The notes: generated by a model from the letters alone, not told the origin. DNA of 55,949 nucleotides, filler included, from Sphacelaria rigidula (GCA_964200075.2; 4 parts of 4 records of this genome joined end to end with filler, not necessarily neighbours in it), one strand, 5' to 3'. Shown: positions 26,423 through 40,574, counted from the whole stretch's first letter. Numbers and translations are program-made.

Positions 26423-27834
26423 ATCTCTTGCTAACGGAATGCGGAGTAACAAGGGGCAAATATGGCAGGCACAGGTGGACGTTTGCCGTAGGATTCCGCC
26501 ACTCCACCGCCACCTATCCTCAGAACGCTTGATATTGCACAGGCAGGGGGTGAGATCAAATGTTTCTGGCACAACACGCCTACATACGCGCTCAGCTAGA
26601 TGTGTCGGAGAACCTCTGTCGGCGTAGCCGGTAAATCAGTGAAATTTTGATCATGTATGATACCAACATCAACAGTGCAGACCGTGCTTGACCATTCTGT
26701 ATGAATACCACACTGCACAACGCCATGTCCATACTCACTTTTGTTCTATCGACGGCTAGATGCAACTGTGTAGTACGTCATCGCTCCTCACTGCGCATCG
26801 TCCCCATCGTTTCTGGGTTTGCGCGCTCAGTGCCATGATGTGCTCAGTGCAGCTCTTTCGACAGTACTAGAGGAGGCATGTGCGCCAAAAGATTGTTCTT
26901 ATATGCACTTCATGAATTTTCATCCGCTGTCTCAAAAAAATGATTAAAGTGTCTCTGCCGCCAGTAGGCAATACTAAGCCATTGGTGACAGGACATAGCT
27001 AATCGTTGTGCTGCTTTTGATTGGTCAGAGGACCCGCCCTTCTTGGCTACGAGCTAGATCTGACGTCTTTCGTCCCTCCAACCATTTCCTGGAAACACGC
27101 GTTATCGACTTTGGAAGCGCTTCGGCTGATTTGGGAACCCGCACACCGCTTGGAATTCCACATCCACGTGCGGAAGGAGTTATGTCAAAACTTTCCGGCA
27201 GCACATACGTGATCGGAGTCTCCATTCTCATGCTATTCGCACTCTACTGATACACCTTCGAGCCCGAGGTTTCCGCAGTCACTTGGGCGCGAGGCCCTCT
27301 TTAAGAACAATATTACCTGTCGATAGTCCAAAGACATAGAGCGCAGGGGAGTGGGGGGGGGTTGGAGGGGGGCGCTGTGCCTAACGGTATGAAATTCCTT
27401 GCCGGTCGGGCTGGCCATACTGTTCGCTATACCTTCGCGAAATTTCAAGTGAAGACATGGTACTTGAGTGAACTAGTCATTGGTGGTGAGCAGTTTTGTT
27501 TCTCGCCATGTCAACAGAGAGCAAAACACCCCGACTTCTTGCGGACCATACGAGTAGCCAAGGGTTGCACCGTGGACCGCGGACATTCAGCACAAGGAAT
27601 ACCATTCTGCTCTGCTGCTTTGCTTGTTACTGAACATGTAGACACAATTCAAGTAACCAAGGAACGGAATTTCCACAACGACTTGAGCAAAGCTTGCCGC
27701 ATGTTTAGGGACGAAACTGCGACGTCCAAATCATGACTGATGGCAATAAATGGAATCTGCTGAAAGGGGGAGATCGGCGGTGTGGGCTCTTGCCCTCTGG
27801 TAGTCTCGTGCCCATCCCTCATCTTGTAGGTGAT

Positions 27835-27869
<35 letters not shown>

Positions 27870-27928
27870 GTGTTTGTGTTGCTCTGAGATTTACCCCTCA
27901 CTCTCCCACCACACCCCAAGCGAAAAGG

Positions 27929-28028
27929 NNNNNNNNNNNNNNNNNNNNNNNNNNNNNNNNNNNNNNNNNNNNTTAATTAATTAANNNNNNNNNNNNNNNN
28001 NNNNNNNNNNNNNNNNNNNNNNNNNNNN
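27929..28028. other. Assembly gap/linker
   Basis: 100 nt N with central TTAATTAATTAA; poly-G and poly-C tracts nearby. Confidence 0.98.
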
Positions 28029-28624
28029 GTGCTCCCCCTGTCTTTTCGCCCCCCCTTTTTTCCCATCCCGTGTTTATTAATTTCGTTCCCCGATTCCCCC
28101 CCCCCCCCCCCGATTTTGAAAAATTCGAGATTCGTGTCTGTCAGAGAAGTGGGTCTTGGGATGTGTTCGGAAGGGTATGAGAGTTTTTACAAACCTTACA
28201 GAAGTGACGAGTACCGGGAAGAAGTTCATACTTCGAGAAGTATAAATATTCCAATTTCACAAGAGAGGCATAGTAGTGGAGGATCGGGGCGTAGCGGGAT
28301 TTGAGGGTTGATGTATCCTCTGTCCGGGCAAAACTTCACATGACCCGATTTAAGTTCGCTTGTAGTAGGGTTGGTAGCGAAGAGTGAACGTCCCTACCGC
28401 CCTCGTACTTTCGATGAGGGGAACCCGCACGCTCGCCGTTTGTCGACATGTAAACCGAGATTAGTTCAGACAAATCGCGTGCCCGATAGCCGATGGCTCG
28501 ATCACGTACTTCAAAACCCCCTCCCACCTCAGCCGCGGACGGCGTCGGCACGCACAAGCGAAGACAACGAAGAAAGCAGCAATGAAGCTGACACACGCGG
28601 CCATTTGGCTATACGGACACCTTC

Positions 28625-28845
28625 AATCCCTCTCGAGGAAACCAAACTCTACCGACGACCCGGAGGGTCGCGCACCCCTCCGGAGGAATTTGGGGGGTAT
28701 GCGCGGCCCTCCAGAGGCAAAAATAAGCCTCCGGGGGGGTGTAATCCCTCTGGTGGAGACCAAAAAGTCTCCTCTGGAGGGCCACGCATCCCTCCGGGGG
28801 CGTTTAATTCCTCCAGAGACTCGGAAAGTGTACCCACCTGGAGGA
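28625..28845. repeat. Degenerate tandem repeats (CCCTCyrGAGG modules)
   Basis: Recurring ccctccggagg / ccctccagagg / cctctggagg motifs; higher-order period ~110 bp. Confidence 0.5.
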
Positions 28846-31317
28846 ATTTTGGTGGTGGCCAAATGGCCACGTGTGGAACCTTCTTGAGGGTGTTTAAACT
28901 GATTCGGAGAGCCGGTTGTTGCGTGTGATGCCTCCAACCTCCAAGGGTGCTTTGTTTGAAGTTGCAACAGTCAAGTCTGAGAACTTTAATCAAGACTCGC
29001 TCTTATCTAAAGGGGTCGAAGTGGGGGTGTTCTCGAGTGCGCCCAGAGACAGAAGCGAAACACAACGCCATGAGCACCAAAAAAGCCGAGAATTGTTGAG
29101 GGCGTCTCGATTGATGTTACAAGAGCGACGGGATGGTTTTTTCGCGCAGCGCAGCTCCTAATCAATGCGGGGGAAAAAGTGCGTGATTCGGAGCTTCACA
29201 ATAAGGCCCGGACGGACAGGACAGGACAGGACTAGATTTGTTGGATTTTGCGTTCAGCAAAAGCCTTTTCAGCCCCAAGGGCCTCATAGGAACGTGTTTA
29301 CAAAAATCCAAGACGACTGCTTTTTCATCGTTTCAACACGCGGTGAGAAAGTGGCATCAGCCTTTAACGAATTAGATCGAAAAAAATGTGTAACAGTCAC
29401 AACCACGAACAAAGTCGAAGCTCTTCGTTCAAAGTGATCGACTCGTCTTGGTTCAAGGCCGTGTCTTATCCGGACAAAAAGAGAAGCAAAAAATGAGAAA
29501 AGCATCCGAAAGCAGCATGTTCGACTATAGTAGTCGCCATAACCATAGATTCGCCCTGCGATCGATCAACCAGCTGATCTCGGACGCTTGCTTCGTTTAT
29601 CGCTTCTCATGACCAGGCAAGCCACGGCTTGCGAGGGTCTGTTCATACTTCGGGTACGTCCAACTTCTTGCGACCGCTAGATCAGTCAAAGATCCGTTCA
29701 TGTGCAAGCGATCAATAATAACTATTCCACAATTTCAAGTGTCGCTTATCGCGCAACGACTCCAGACTCACTCACTGAGTGTTCGACGGAGCGTGCTGCA
29801 CCGGCCCTCTTGATATCCTCAACACTAGTATGTTTCGTACAGTCAAGGTCAACACGTTACACCCATTGCAGGGTACCAGGCGCTGGACTGCGCGTATCAA
29901 ACGTAGCGGACAGCGCAAACGCGAATGAATAAATACTCTATGAACCATTAATCTACAGAAAATTTGAGAGCTAGGCCATCAAGTACAAAAAATTATACGC
30001 GATTGCAAACAAGATAAAAGGTGAAAACACAGCACAAAAGAATTCATATGGACGACTCTGTGCACGTAACCATCAAGACAGGTGAGCAAGCCCCCGTTGG
30101 AGGGACGTGAGCTTCAAGTCATGCTACGCATACACCTATTGGTTGTTCACACATATTGCCAAGGAAAAGAGTCCTCATCCTTCCTCAAAATACCAAAAAC
30201 CCACAACACACACCCAAACAAGCTATTAGCCCCATGTTCGGGTGTTTGCGAATGTACAGGTTTGTGCAGGTTGGGGTTCTTCATCAGAAACCCCCACTCA
30301 GTGTTCAGCAAACAAAAAACAGGGGAAAGACAACAGTGAAAGTCACTAGGGTCCGCCCACACAGTGTCATGTATACGGCAAAGAGTTACAAGTATAGGGT
30401 TTGGCCGGTCGACTCGACGCACGATTCCATGTCCCGAACGAGAGGAATATCGAAATTCATTCCCCCCACCCCTACAATCTACTCGATCTATCTATCATTT
30501 TCGAAAAACAAACACAAGACGAGACACGCATCACACGCGACCACAGCACACCACTTCAACGCAGCAGCACAGCTCAGTAGCCCAACAACACCCTTTGTTC
30601 CCGTCACCATTTGGCGCAGTAAGCGGGAGTCGAGAGACCAGCCGTAAAAAGTACCGCTTCGCCATCCGTGAAACATTTTCGTTCCCCAAGGCAGCCCGTC
30701 CCGTCAGCGATCTACAAAAGAGGCATAGGTATCAGTCAGTCGGTGTACGATGCCACAAACGGACAATTTACTAATTCTTTCCCGCTGGCACGATGGTTTA
30801 GCCGGCATCCCATATGTGTGCCTCTGACCTGCACGTTCAAAACCAATCGCACATCACACACACCGTACGAAACTGGAAGTCCTACCCGAACGTCGAATAC
30901 CACCCCTACAAAGCACCCTTAGATGATGATTTTTCGGTTTTTTGCCGCCATGACGCCACCATGCCGGCACCCACGGTTCTAGGTCAAAGGTATGTAGTAC
31001 ATCAACCCAAGTGCGCTGGGGCCCCAAAAATGTACTTATTCGGGGGGTGGTGGTATAAACCATACTCTAGAAGGCACGAGCAATAGATGACCAGAACACA
31101 CAACAGGAGCACGCCACAGGACATTCAAGTGTGCATGATACCCAACGCCGCCCTACCGACGGCAATGTTCACCCGTTCCGGGCGGATACTACGAAAACAG
31201 AGCGAAAGTAAAACACTTATGCTTTGTAGCACTACTGCACTGTCACACGCACATCAACACGGACGGAACACCTCGATTTGAACTAATCGCAGCAAACGTA
31301 GTATCACTAAACGCTGT

Positions 31318-34300
31318 TCACCATCCCCTCACGAGCATATGAACTTTAGCTAAATCATACATGTAGTCGCCCGAAGCACCATAGGCTGAGCGCACCGCAG
31401 TGGAAATGTCTGCGAGAGAGACGGATGCGAAAACAACACACGGTAATCAAAAGTGAGGCCTCGTACCTATTTGAGCAGTAGGGTGATGAAGTAGAGTCAT
31501 TCCGGACCAGGTTTTTCAGTGCATCTCTTCGCAGTACAGCCAGTACAGCTCTTCGTGGTCGTGCTGTAGTGGCACAATATTTTGTCCAAAAAGCCTTTAC
31601 AACGAATGCATATATTATAGTGAGTGTAGAGAAGCAACCTTCACGAACAGCTGCTGGCTGCACGTGTGGCGACGCATATACCAGGGTGAATATATGAGCA
31701 AATCCTCGCAATTATTTCCATGGCCAGCCCCCTCCACATCCCCGGAGCACCGCTAGTGGCAAGATCGCACGCGGTACATGCATTCCTTCATGGTTCGGAC
31801 AAAAAATCGTGATCTGTCCCACATCCAATGTTTATACGGAGTCGATCATTCGGATCGAGAACCGTAGATGATTTGTGCTCGTGATTCGTGCAAAACCCCT
31901 CGTAGTGTACACATTCCCAGTTCGTGATTCGTGCGGTACATCGTCGAAGGTACGTGTTCCCACCCGCCACACCCTGGACAAAATATACCGAAAACAGTTG
32001 CAACAGACCTATTCTTCACACAGCACACTTTTTGTCCACGGCAACTACTGACCATACATTGTTCAGGTGTGCTACCTTTCATTTATTCAGCATGGATCAT
32101 AGGTACACGTTTCCGACCTTCCATTCACATGACGCGAATCAAGCCAGCATATATTCCAATTTCCGTCCACGCAGCATGAATCATCCGTACATATTCCCCA
32201 CCTTCTTTTCATCCAACATGGATCAAGTGTACATGTTCTCCATTCGTGATTCATGCAACATGATTCAAGTGAACATGTTTCCCACTGGCGGCTAGTACAG
32301 GAAGTGTGATTCGTATATTTTCTGCATTTTTCCATTCGTGTTCCACTACTTGGGACTGTACACATCCCGACTTCGTCATTCGTGTTCCACTACTTGGGAC
32401 TGTACACATCCCGACTTCGTCATTCGTGCTCTAGGACCTTGAACGTTCAACTTCATCACCCATGACTCATACCGGATGACTCTTTGGTACATGATTTGTA
32501 CTCAACACTCATGGGAAGTTAACCCGTACGTATTTAAATTTGTCCAAACCGTGCAACTTTCCGACATTTTTCATGCGTCATTCTGTTCCATGACATGACT
32601 CACATTTTCGTGCAAGCGGCGCATCTCCGCGGGCCTCAGCGTACAGACCCAGGTACAAGTTGGCATAAAAGTACGGCGCAATAGTTGCCGGCTTGCTGCC
32701 GCTGCTCCCGCCTGCTGCCCCCGGCTTCGAAGAGGAGCCGGTCTCCATCTGTCTTGCCAGGTCTTCCGCGTTGCCGTATCCGGAAAACAGAGCATACGCC
32801 GCTCGCATGTACGGACGTCGATCACTGCGTATCGAGTACCGGTTTCCACGTTGCGATTGGGGGTTTTCAATAAATTACCGGCTGGAGAGGCATTCATGTT
32901 CACGTTGAGCAATTTTTTGTCACGCGTTGACGACTAAACATGAACCGTCTCTCGCTTGACCTAAACCTGCTGGACCGTTGTAGTCTTCCGCTTCAACGGT
33001 ATCGTTCCGGCCTGATCTGTGTGGTGCCACGTTTTTAGGCGGCCGCTTTTCATGCCTCCCCAACTAGCGCTGACGATATTCAAGTATGTTGATCACACTT
33101 CTATTCCATTTTGGAATGTGAGTTCTCCAGAAGCGGAGAAAGCTTGTACTGTCTCACCACGGACGGACGTGAAGTCAACATGAAACGTCCGTCACGAGTG
33201 ACGTTAAGTCCTGTCATACTTTCGGGGGATAGCGTCACGACACAGCGCGTGCACGCAGTTGCCTCCAGGCGCTCTATCTCACTCAACTAATGCCAGCGAC
33301 CGTTCGCCGTGCGACTTCAAATCAAGCTATAAAGGCGAGGCACAAAACGCCCACGATACCCAAACATTAACGACATTTCAGTATATCCCAACGGCGTTTC
33401 AATCATCAGGCACCAGATGCTACAGATCGACGTTGCAAACACTCCCGTCTGTGAAAGGATGATCTAGATAAGCCAGGCAGGCGCTGAGCAGCACGGGACA
33501 CACAGTACGCGGTCATCGGCAGCGGTGCTGCTCGCAAACGAAAGGAGCTATCGAGTCATACTGCTCAGGGTACACCGTGTACAGTTAAGGCCAGTCGGCG
33601 GTACTGTTACTATTCCGAACGTAGGTGTGGCACCGAGTGTAGATCGCTGTACTCACGCGCCAGCCGGTAGCATTCGTCGTCGCGCAGCGTCGAAGCCGAT
33701 TCCCTCCATCCTCGCCTCGCACATGAACGCCCATATTGCCTCTTCCATGTCGTTGGGGTTCACATCCCTGTTGAGTCAGTCCACCAAAGCAGAGGACAGG
33801 AGCGCTTCGTTAGGTTGAGCGACACATCCTTTGCTGATTCAGGACACCAACCGAAGGGGGTACAAGAGATTCGACGCTGGGGGTGTACGTCCTCATACAG
33901 TTGCGTTCTACAAACTCCGAATATGGGGTGCTGTGAGCACCGCTGCGAACTATGCTGTCGTAACGGAGCAGAACGTGAAAAATAGAGCACCTGCACATTA
34001 AAGCACTTACATGGGTACGAGCACTCGACAATCACGGCCCACTCATCAACTGACGATGATATCGATTAACCAGATGGAAAGCCTGCGTGTCTAACGGGTT
34101 GGCCCCCGTGACGGCAAATATTCCTGATCTTCGATGCAGGCACTGACTGATCAATCCTCTGAGCGCCAGTCAGGTGAATCGGAGGTTGACAAATATAAAA
34201 ATGTGAAAAAAAATATGTCCTAAAATGAAAGCACCACATTACATGAGTCAGGAGTTGTGGTCTTGAAGCGTCTCTGGCCGTAGTTCAGGTGGTCTGGGAT

Positions 34301-37300
34301 TCTCCGAAGGCCTTCGGTCGGGTTAGGACCAAACCTTCTTGCTCCATTTGTTTCAATTGTTATGGCCATCATTCCAGCGAGCCATCAACGGGTGACGGCC
34401 CCAGACTCGGCACGACCTCACCCGAGGGTGCTTCGTGGCGGGGTGCTATCCCAGGCCAGGATGAGTAGCATGGGGTTCCATACCTGTTGCGCCGAAACAA
34501 AGCCCCCGCCAATGCCAAGCGAACGAGCGAAACCCGATGCTACCCATGCTGGTCTGGCGGAGCACCCCGCCCCAAAGCGCCCTCGGGTGTGGTCGTGTCA
34601 AGTCTGTGGCCACAGGCCCACCCACAGTTCGCTGGAAGGATAGCCGTAACAATGGAAACAAGTGGGGCAAGAAGGTTTTCTCCGTGGCTGCAGGACTTCG
34701 GAGCATCCTAGACTACGCGAACTACAACCAGAGATGCTCCAAGACCTGAGAGTGTGATGAGGTGGCTATTTTCTATTTCACATTTAACTGCGTTTCCGTG
34801 ATATTGAGAGTGGCTTCGATCATTCGCTTTACTTGGTCAATTTTTCGTTCCGTCGGTGGCTCTCTTGCCTGTATCCCTGGCGTGTGCTTACAGCTACACA
34901 TCGATATCGTACTCGGGGATATCAAGGGCTTCAGTAGCAAGCTGGCCCAGAAAGCATATCGGGCCTCATGGAGGGGTATTTCGGAACTGAAACATTTTTT
35001 TTTCATTCACTGACCGCTTCCCTCTCTCCATCTTGTCCTCTCATTTATAGCAAGAGTCAGGTGTGTACATGTGCAATAGACGCTTACAACAGCAGTGGGT
35101 GACCATGTAATGTGTTGTGTGTTGTTGTCTCATTTATTTTGGACGCCGGTCTACACCTTTCGGCATATGCGGGCGCATCAGCCGGGGTCACACGGGAGGA
35201 AGGTCAACACAGGAGTTCTTTATTTGTTTGTTTGTTAGTACTCCACCTTCGTTCTGCGGTGCTTGTTTTTATTCTTCATCGCGAGAGGGTTTTGGCAGTC
35301 CCTTTCCCTCGTCGACCGTTGAGTCGAATTTTGTGTACCTACGACATAGTCGCTCTCCACTATTGGGCATTTTGTGAAAATAAATCCCAGATTGCTCCGA
35401 GACTCAAACCCGCGACCCAACCGTCAGAAGGTTTCGGGGTCACAAACTGAGCCACCGGCGCGGCCATGTAGTGGGCAAAATTCGTGGTCAGTTGCTCCTT
35501 CAATTCTTGCCAGAAGTACAGATGAATCCACTTGAAAACATGTGAATTACCTGGCGGCGAAGACGTTCACTTTGTACATGCTGAAAAAAACTTCTGTAAG
35601 TTTTATTATTGAAAAATCCGATCGTTGCTTCCTTGATTTTGTGAAGCAAGCAGGGTCACGTGTGTGCGTTTAGAATATATACAATAGTGGGAATTGATCA
35701 TTTACGGGGAAATATTTGTGGTCAGTTGCTTCCTAACTTCGTGAAAATAATCAAAATGGGGCCCCTTGGAGACATGAAAATATACATGGCAACAAAAATA
35801 TTCACCTTGCATGCTAACTGCTGCACAGTAGTTCCTATTACTGCAAAATGACCTGAATGGACAGACAATCATGTGTTGATGTTTCACCTGTAGTATGTAT
35901 AAATCATATGGAACCACGGTCATCATCGATATTTACTTGCAGAGGTATCTCGAACTCGGGGATTTCCGGTATACTTCACAATAATTTACAGTCAAATATA
36001 GACGTAGACGAAATCTCAAGTTTGAGATATCGCTATAAACCCTTGCATCACAACACAAGCCATCCAATGCACAGATCCAGTTTAAAATCGGAGCTGATTT
36101 CGACAGATGTAAGCTATCTCGTCGAGGAGAGGAGCAAGCAGCCTCGTTACGTCGGGATGTAAAAAATGATGCAGGTCCTGTGCTATCAGCGAAAAAAAAG
36201 TATTTCCAGTGTTTAGTACGGGCTTCGCCCGCTAATTCAATTGCCCAAACTCTGTCCCGTAGATCGAAAATAGTCAAAGAGCCAAGCGCTTCTGAGGAGG
36301 GCAACCACTACAACGCTGTCACTGTACAGTCGGCCCCCCTCTAAGGACACTCCTGGTAAGGAAACTCCCCGTTTTGAGGACGACTTTTTATTTCTCATAC
36401 CAGGGAGCGCGACAGAAAGTACAACTACAGGTAGTAGGGTATGTACCATCTTCTTCTCTGCGGGTCCCCTTTTTTCACCCCTGGAGGGATGGTGAGCTAC
36501 CGTCCTTTTAAATTCAAGTACGAAACCCCGCTTCAAGGACGGCTTTTATTCACGAGAAACCATTTGCATCCTTAACGGGTCGACTGTACATAAAAAGCAC
36601 ATCAGCTGCTTCGACGATATCCGGCACACCAGCTGCCCTGCCCAGGACGCATACAACGTTGTCCGTAGCAAGCAGGACTTGTGGAACTTGAGATGCTGAT
36701 GGCCCGAAGCGAAGCGCGCGGAGCGGAATGAAGGAAACACTTGTAGCAGGCGTTCAACTTCTATTTTGCAGAAGCATGGGGTAACTTATGCAGCAACTCC
36801 GACGCACACAAACCCCGCTTGATGTGCAAAATGTTATCCTAATTTGCGCGCACACCATAAGTCATGAGACGGCTGCAGGTATTCGTGAAGAATCAAAACG
36901 CACCGCGCGTTGCTCGATACGAAACATTTATGCGGTAGCCGGGGGCACGACCCGTCGGCAAGACACTGTCGAGGGAGCGGGGTACACATCAACCTATATA
37001 CTGTTCAGTGACGATCACGGAGAAATTTGTGATGCGGGATATTTCGTGTATCACATGATCATAAGAACGTCGGGCGACAACAATGTCCGACCAGCAATTT
37101 CCTCACGACACTTCCATCAGGATATACATCGCGCAACACTTTGTTATGTTGTGTTGTCGTCCCACCTCTTCTGGGCGCCGGTCTACACCTTCCGGTGTAC
37201 GTCGGCGCACCAGCCGGGGTCACACAGGAGGAAGGTCAACACAGGAGCTTCTTTTCTATTTATTTCCAAGAGCCCACCTTCCTTCTGCGTTGCTCACTTT

Positions 37301-40300
37301 TATTTTTATTTTGTATCGCGAGCGGGGTTTAGCAGTCCCTTTCCCTCGTCGACCGTTAACCCTTAGACCGCGAGGGTAGTCCATCCGGATTGTGCATACA
37401 TTTTTCAGGTAGGATTGATGCTGATGCAACAGATGGCCTACTGTCTCCGTATAAGTATCAAGTCGAACTTTGTGCACCCACGACATATTCGCTCCCCACT
37501 GTTGCTGGGCATTGTGTGAGAAAAAATCCCAGATTGCTCCGAGACTCGAACCCAATACCCAACCATCAGAAGGTGTCGAGGTTGCCAAGTGAGCCACCGG
37601 GCGACCGGCTACGGCCCAAAATTACGACTAGACACGAAGGTTATCCTCATGTCTGCTTGTATACTAGGAGGTTTTATGCGCTTACTGCGGTACTAAAGAC
37701 GGACATGGAGGTTCCAGCGAGGCACTAGGATGGGGCTGCGTCCGTGAACCCTTGTCGAATCCGTTGACGATTTTTGTTTTGTGAATCGGCATCATTTTCA
37801 GTTATTTGGTCAGTTGTTCCACTGTGGAGTACTGATTATGATTAATTTGATTGATTGTCGCACTTCAACTGACCACCCATGGGTCCAGTCGTGGTCGCAT
37901 GATTAGTGTACTACTGTTGTACTCGTATTGCGTCTTGGTTGCCCGACCCAACATGAATCTCCTTCTTTTGAACATTCAAATTTGGGGCAATGCAGATCAA
38001 GAAAAGGGTGATGATCGCGGTTCAACAAGCCACGTCACGGGGCGGAAAGCCAAGAAGCACCAAGCAGTATGTGGGGACACCGCGGGATCTATCTGTAAAT
38101 GCCCTTCATGGGCTGTCATGAAAGCCAAAAAATGTCAACACTTCGGATGCATTGAAGCCTCACCTTCAAATACGGTAGACCTGCCCAAGTGATGCGGATG
38201 CGACAGACAACGCTACCGAGAATCCTTAATCGGAGACAGCCTACCCAAAACTGCGTACCGCGCTCCTTCGTTCGGACCATGTTGCTATATCAGAGGTCAT
38301 ACACCTATGCTGTGGTGTCCATAGGGGTCAGCTGAGAGGCATCACGCCTACTTGAGTCCAAGCGTCAGCCAGCGTTGGGACAACTATGAACGACGCTGAC
38401 TCTCAAATCTGCCTAGTAAATAATGTAGTCAACAACTAGCATCTGAAAAACGCCTTCGCGAAATTTGGAGGCACACAAGACTGGCTGTTTTGACCCTGTG
38501 ACGGCGATAGTAGGTCATCGGTTGAATTGGCATCAATTCCACTTGAAAAAAGTGTCCACGACCCAGATGGGGACTACTTGTCAAAAGATTCAACGATCAA
38601 AGATATCAAGCACTCACACATCTTGGCGGAACTGCTTGGCCCCTTCTTCGAAGCGACCAGCTGACAGTGAAGTACGCAGAGATAAATGCCGCGGAAAATC
38701 AGAGAAAAGCAGAGGAGCAAAGCATCCGGGGCGGGGATGGAGGGAATCGTGACAGTTTGCACACACAGTAGAATGATCAGAGGCGCAACAACGGATGCAG
38801 CACGAAGAAAATTAACAGTCCCACCGCCCGATCAGAAAATAAAAATTGCGATAACAGGTCAATCGAGGCTACGGGTGGCAAAAAAGTGGAGGGTGATACA
38901 GCAAGTGTGAATGAAGTAAATGGCAAAACCAAAGCACCGTTCTACTGCACATCGCCGTTGATCGAAAAAGGCCCAGCGATCACTCGCTTCGGATTGGTCT
39001 GTACACAATACGTCAAGTTGAATACACCGAGATCTAGCAGATGCAACTAGTGCAGAACGCAGCTCTGATTTCGTATCTCGTCGACACGAGGAAGAACGGT
39101 GTGCACGCAGCCCGGAAGAGAGGAGACCTGACGGGAGCACCACCGAAGCGCCCGAATATCGTCGTTAACCTGGAGCGTGATTTTAGAGGCCGTCAAAATG
39201 CTCACCATAGTAGAGCGACAGGCCTCGTTGCCACATGTATGGTCGGAGACGCGGCTGGAGCAGAAGAGCACGGTCGAAGTCTTGGATAGATTCGTCTACT
39301 CGCCCACTTCGAAACCGGGACATCCCCCTGTAGTTGTTTAGTCCGGCACGAAGTAAGCGCCACCCATGAACAGGAACCCATGCAGTGCGATGGACCGCAC
39401 AGAGCAAAACATTCAAAATAGGCAGCAGGCACCACAGACGAGAGTCAACAGTTGGTACGGCATCGATTCCAAGCGTGCAAGGCAGATGCTCGAACGAAGG
39501 GTCCACGTGTCTTGATAGCCAGTTTTGTGCAACCGAAAAAGACCGGCTCGAACGACAAGGACAGAAGGTGTCTGGTTTTTGCTGTTGCACAAGGTGAAGC
39601 ACTCCCGGATGTGACGAGGCAAAGACGTGGCAAACCTCGAAGCAAAAGAGGAATCGAAAATTTCGGGCATGGCGGACAAATATCAGGGTCCTGCCGGCGT
39701 ACGTACTGTCTTTGGGTTCACGCGATTCCACGAAGGAAGAGGGTTGCAAAAGAGTGCTCACGTGCGCCACTCGGACAGCATGAGGAGTTGCTACTCATCT
39801 ACCAGGTCAACTTCTATATTTGCTGCAGACGAAACAAAACGGGTGTGTGCAACGGGAAAACCTTTGATCACAAATAAAGGACCATACTGATACAATCTGC
39901 GTGCAATGATGCGCCTTATATAATTTCAGTTCAAAAAGGAGGTTGCTGACTTGACTTGAAGTGCGCATGAGAGACAATTTCACTCAGTGAACAAATCACG
40001 GTGTAGTGTACATAAGTGGTGAAGAATCTCCAATCCTTACACTTTCTCAAAACGCCAACAAAAAAACTGTGATGCTGCTCTGGGTGGAGCTCCAGTCGTC
40101 GACATAATATATAGCACACGCCACACCTGATCTGGAACACCTGCAAATAAGCTTACAGCAAGAGAGAGGAAATAAACGCCTCTGGTCAACCTGTTAGAGG
40201 TTGTTGCTCGGGGTACGTACACAACAGGCCAGAGCTCTCGGCACGATGGTGTGAAGAAAACGCCGTCGGAGAATGGGGACACACGGACACGAACAGCCCG

Positions 40301-40574
40301 CTGCAAGTATAGAGCCAGCTATGAATGAACGAGCGCACCTGCCCACGAAGACCGTATAGTCACCGCCTTGGTAGCTCTCGACTGTGTCTTGCGGAGACGA
40401 TGACGCCATAGCAATAGCAGTTGTGGACATTGCTCGCTGCTGCTGTCCTCGCTGTTTTTGTGTTCGACCTCCACCACAAGGAGCAATCGGAAGGAAACCC
40501 TCTGTGTGTAAGATTACTGCACAAACGACTGGTAGCACCAGGAGCACGTTGCTAGACCACGCCAGAACGGTCAT
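31318..40574 (-). CDS. TPR (NlpI-like) protein, 274 aa, predicted plastid-targeted; 6 exons: 40339-40574, 39206-39327, 38618-38660, 33657-33767, 32604-32824, 31318-31409
   Basis: All introns GT-AG with matching phases (825 nt). Protein: RGMSRFRSGRVDESIQDFDRAL..WQRGLSLYYAGRFEEGAKQFRQDVDVNPNDMEEAIWAFMCEA..DRRPYMRAAY..FYANLYLGLYAEA..DYMYDLAKVH..RGW*, resembling a conserved cyanobacterial/plant plastid TPR family; hydrophobic signal peptide followed by TEG-FL. Confidence 0.92.
32334..32428. repeat. Perfect 44-bp tandem duplication within a degenerate ~45-bp repeat region (32090-32430)
   Basis: ATTCGTG starts at 32334, 32378 and 32422. Confidence 0.9.
35111..35465 (-). mobile_element. tRNA-derived SINE, copy 1 (intronic)
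   Basis: Minus-strand head GGCCGCGCCGGTGGCTCAGTT (A box)...GGTTTGAGTC (B box); (CAA/CA)n tail; homologous to 37141-37608. Confidence 0.8.
37141..37608 (-). mobile_element. tRNA-derived SINE, copy 2, interrupted by a MITE
   Basis: GGTCGCCCGGTGGCTCACTTGG (A box)...GGTTCGAGTC (B box); body matches copy 1. Confidence 0.8.
37356..37461. mobile_element. piggyBac-type MITE inserted in SINE copy 2
   Basis: TTAA-CCCTTAGACC...-TCAA; absent at the homologous position of SINE copy 1. Confidence 0.8.
38491..38578. mobile_element. piggyBac-type MITE, truncated copy
   Basis: GTAGGTCATCGGTTGAATTGGCATCAATT...GAAAAAAGT matches 41530-41627. Confidence 0.7.

Noticed and set aside
27030-27250. Kinase-like 'RVIDFGSA' in a plus-strand ORF
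   Set aside because: No proper HRDxKxxN spacing and no other kinase subdomain exons found; probably chance
35390-35465. Functional tRNA gene at SINE heads (also 37530-37608)
   Set aside because: No coherent cloverleaf; followed by a shared body and simple-repeat tail
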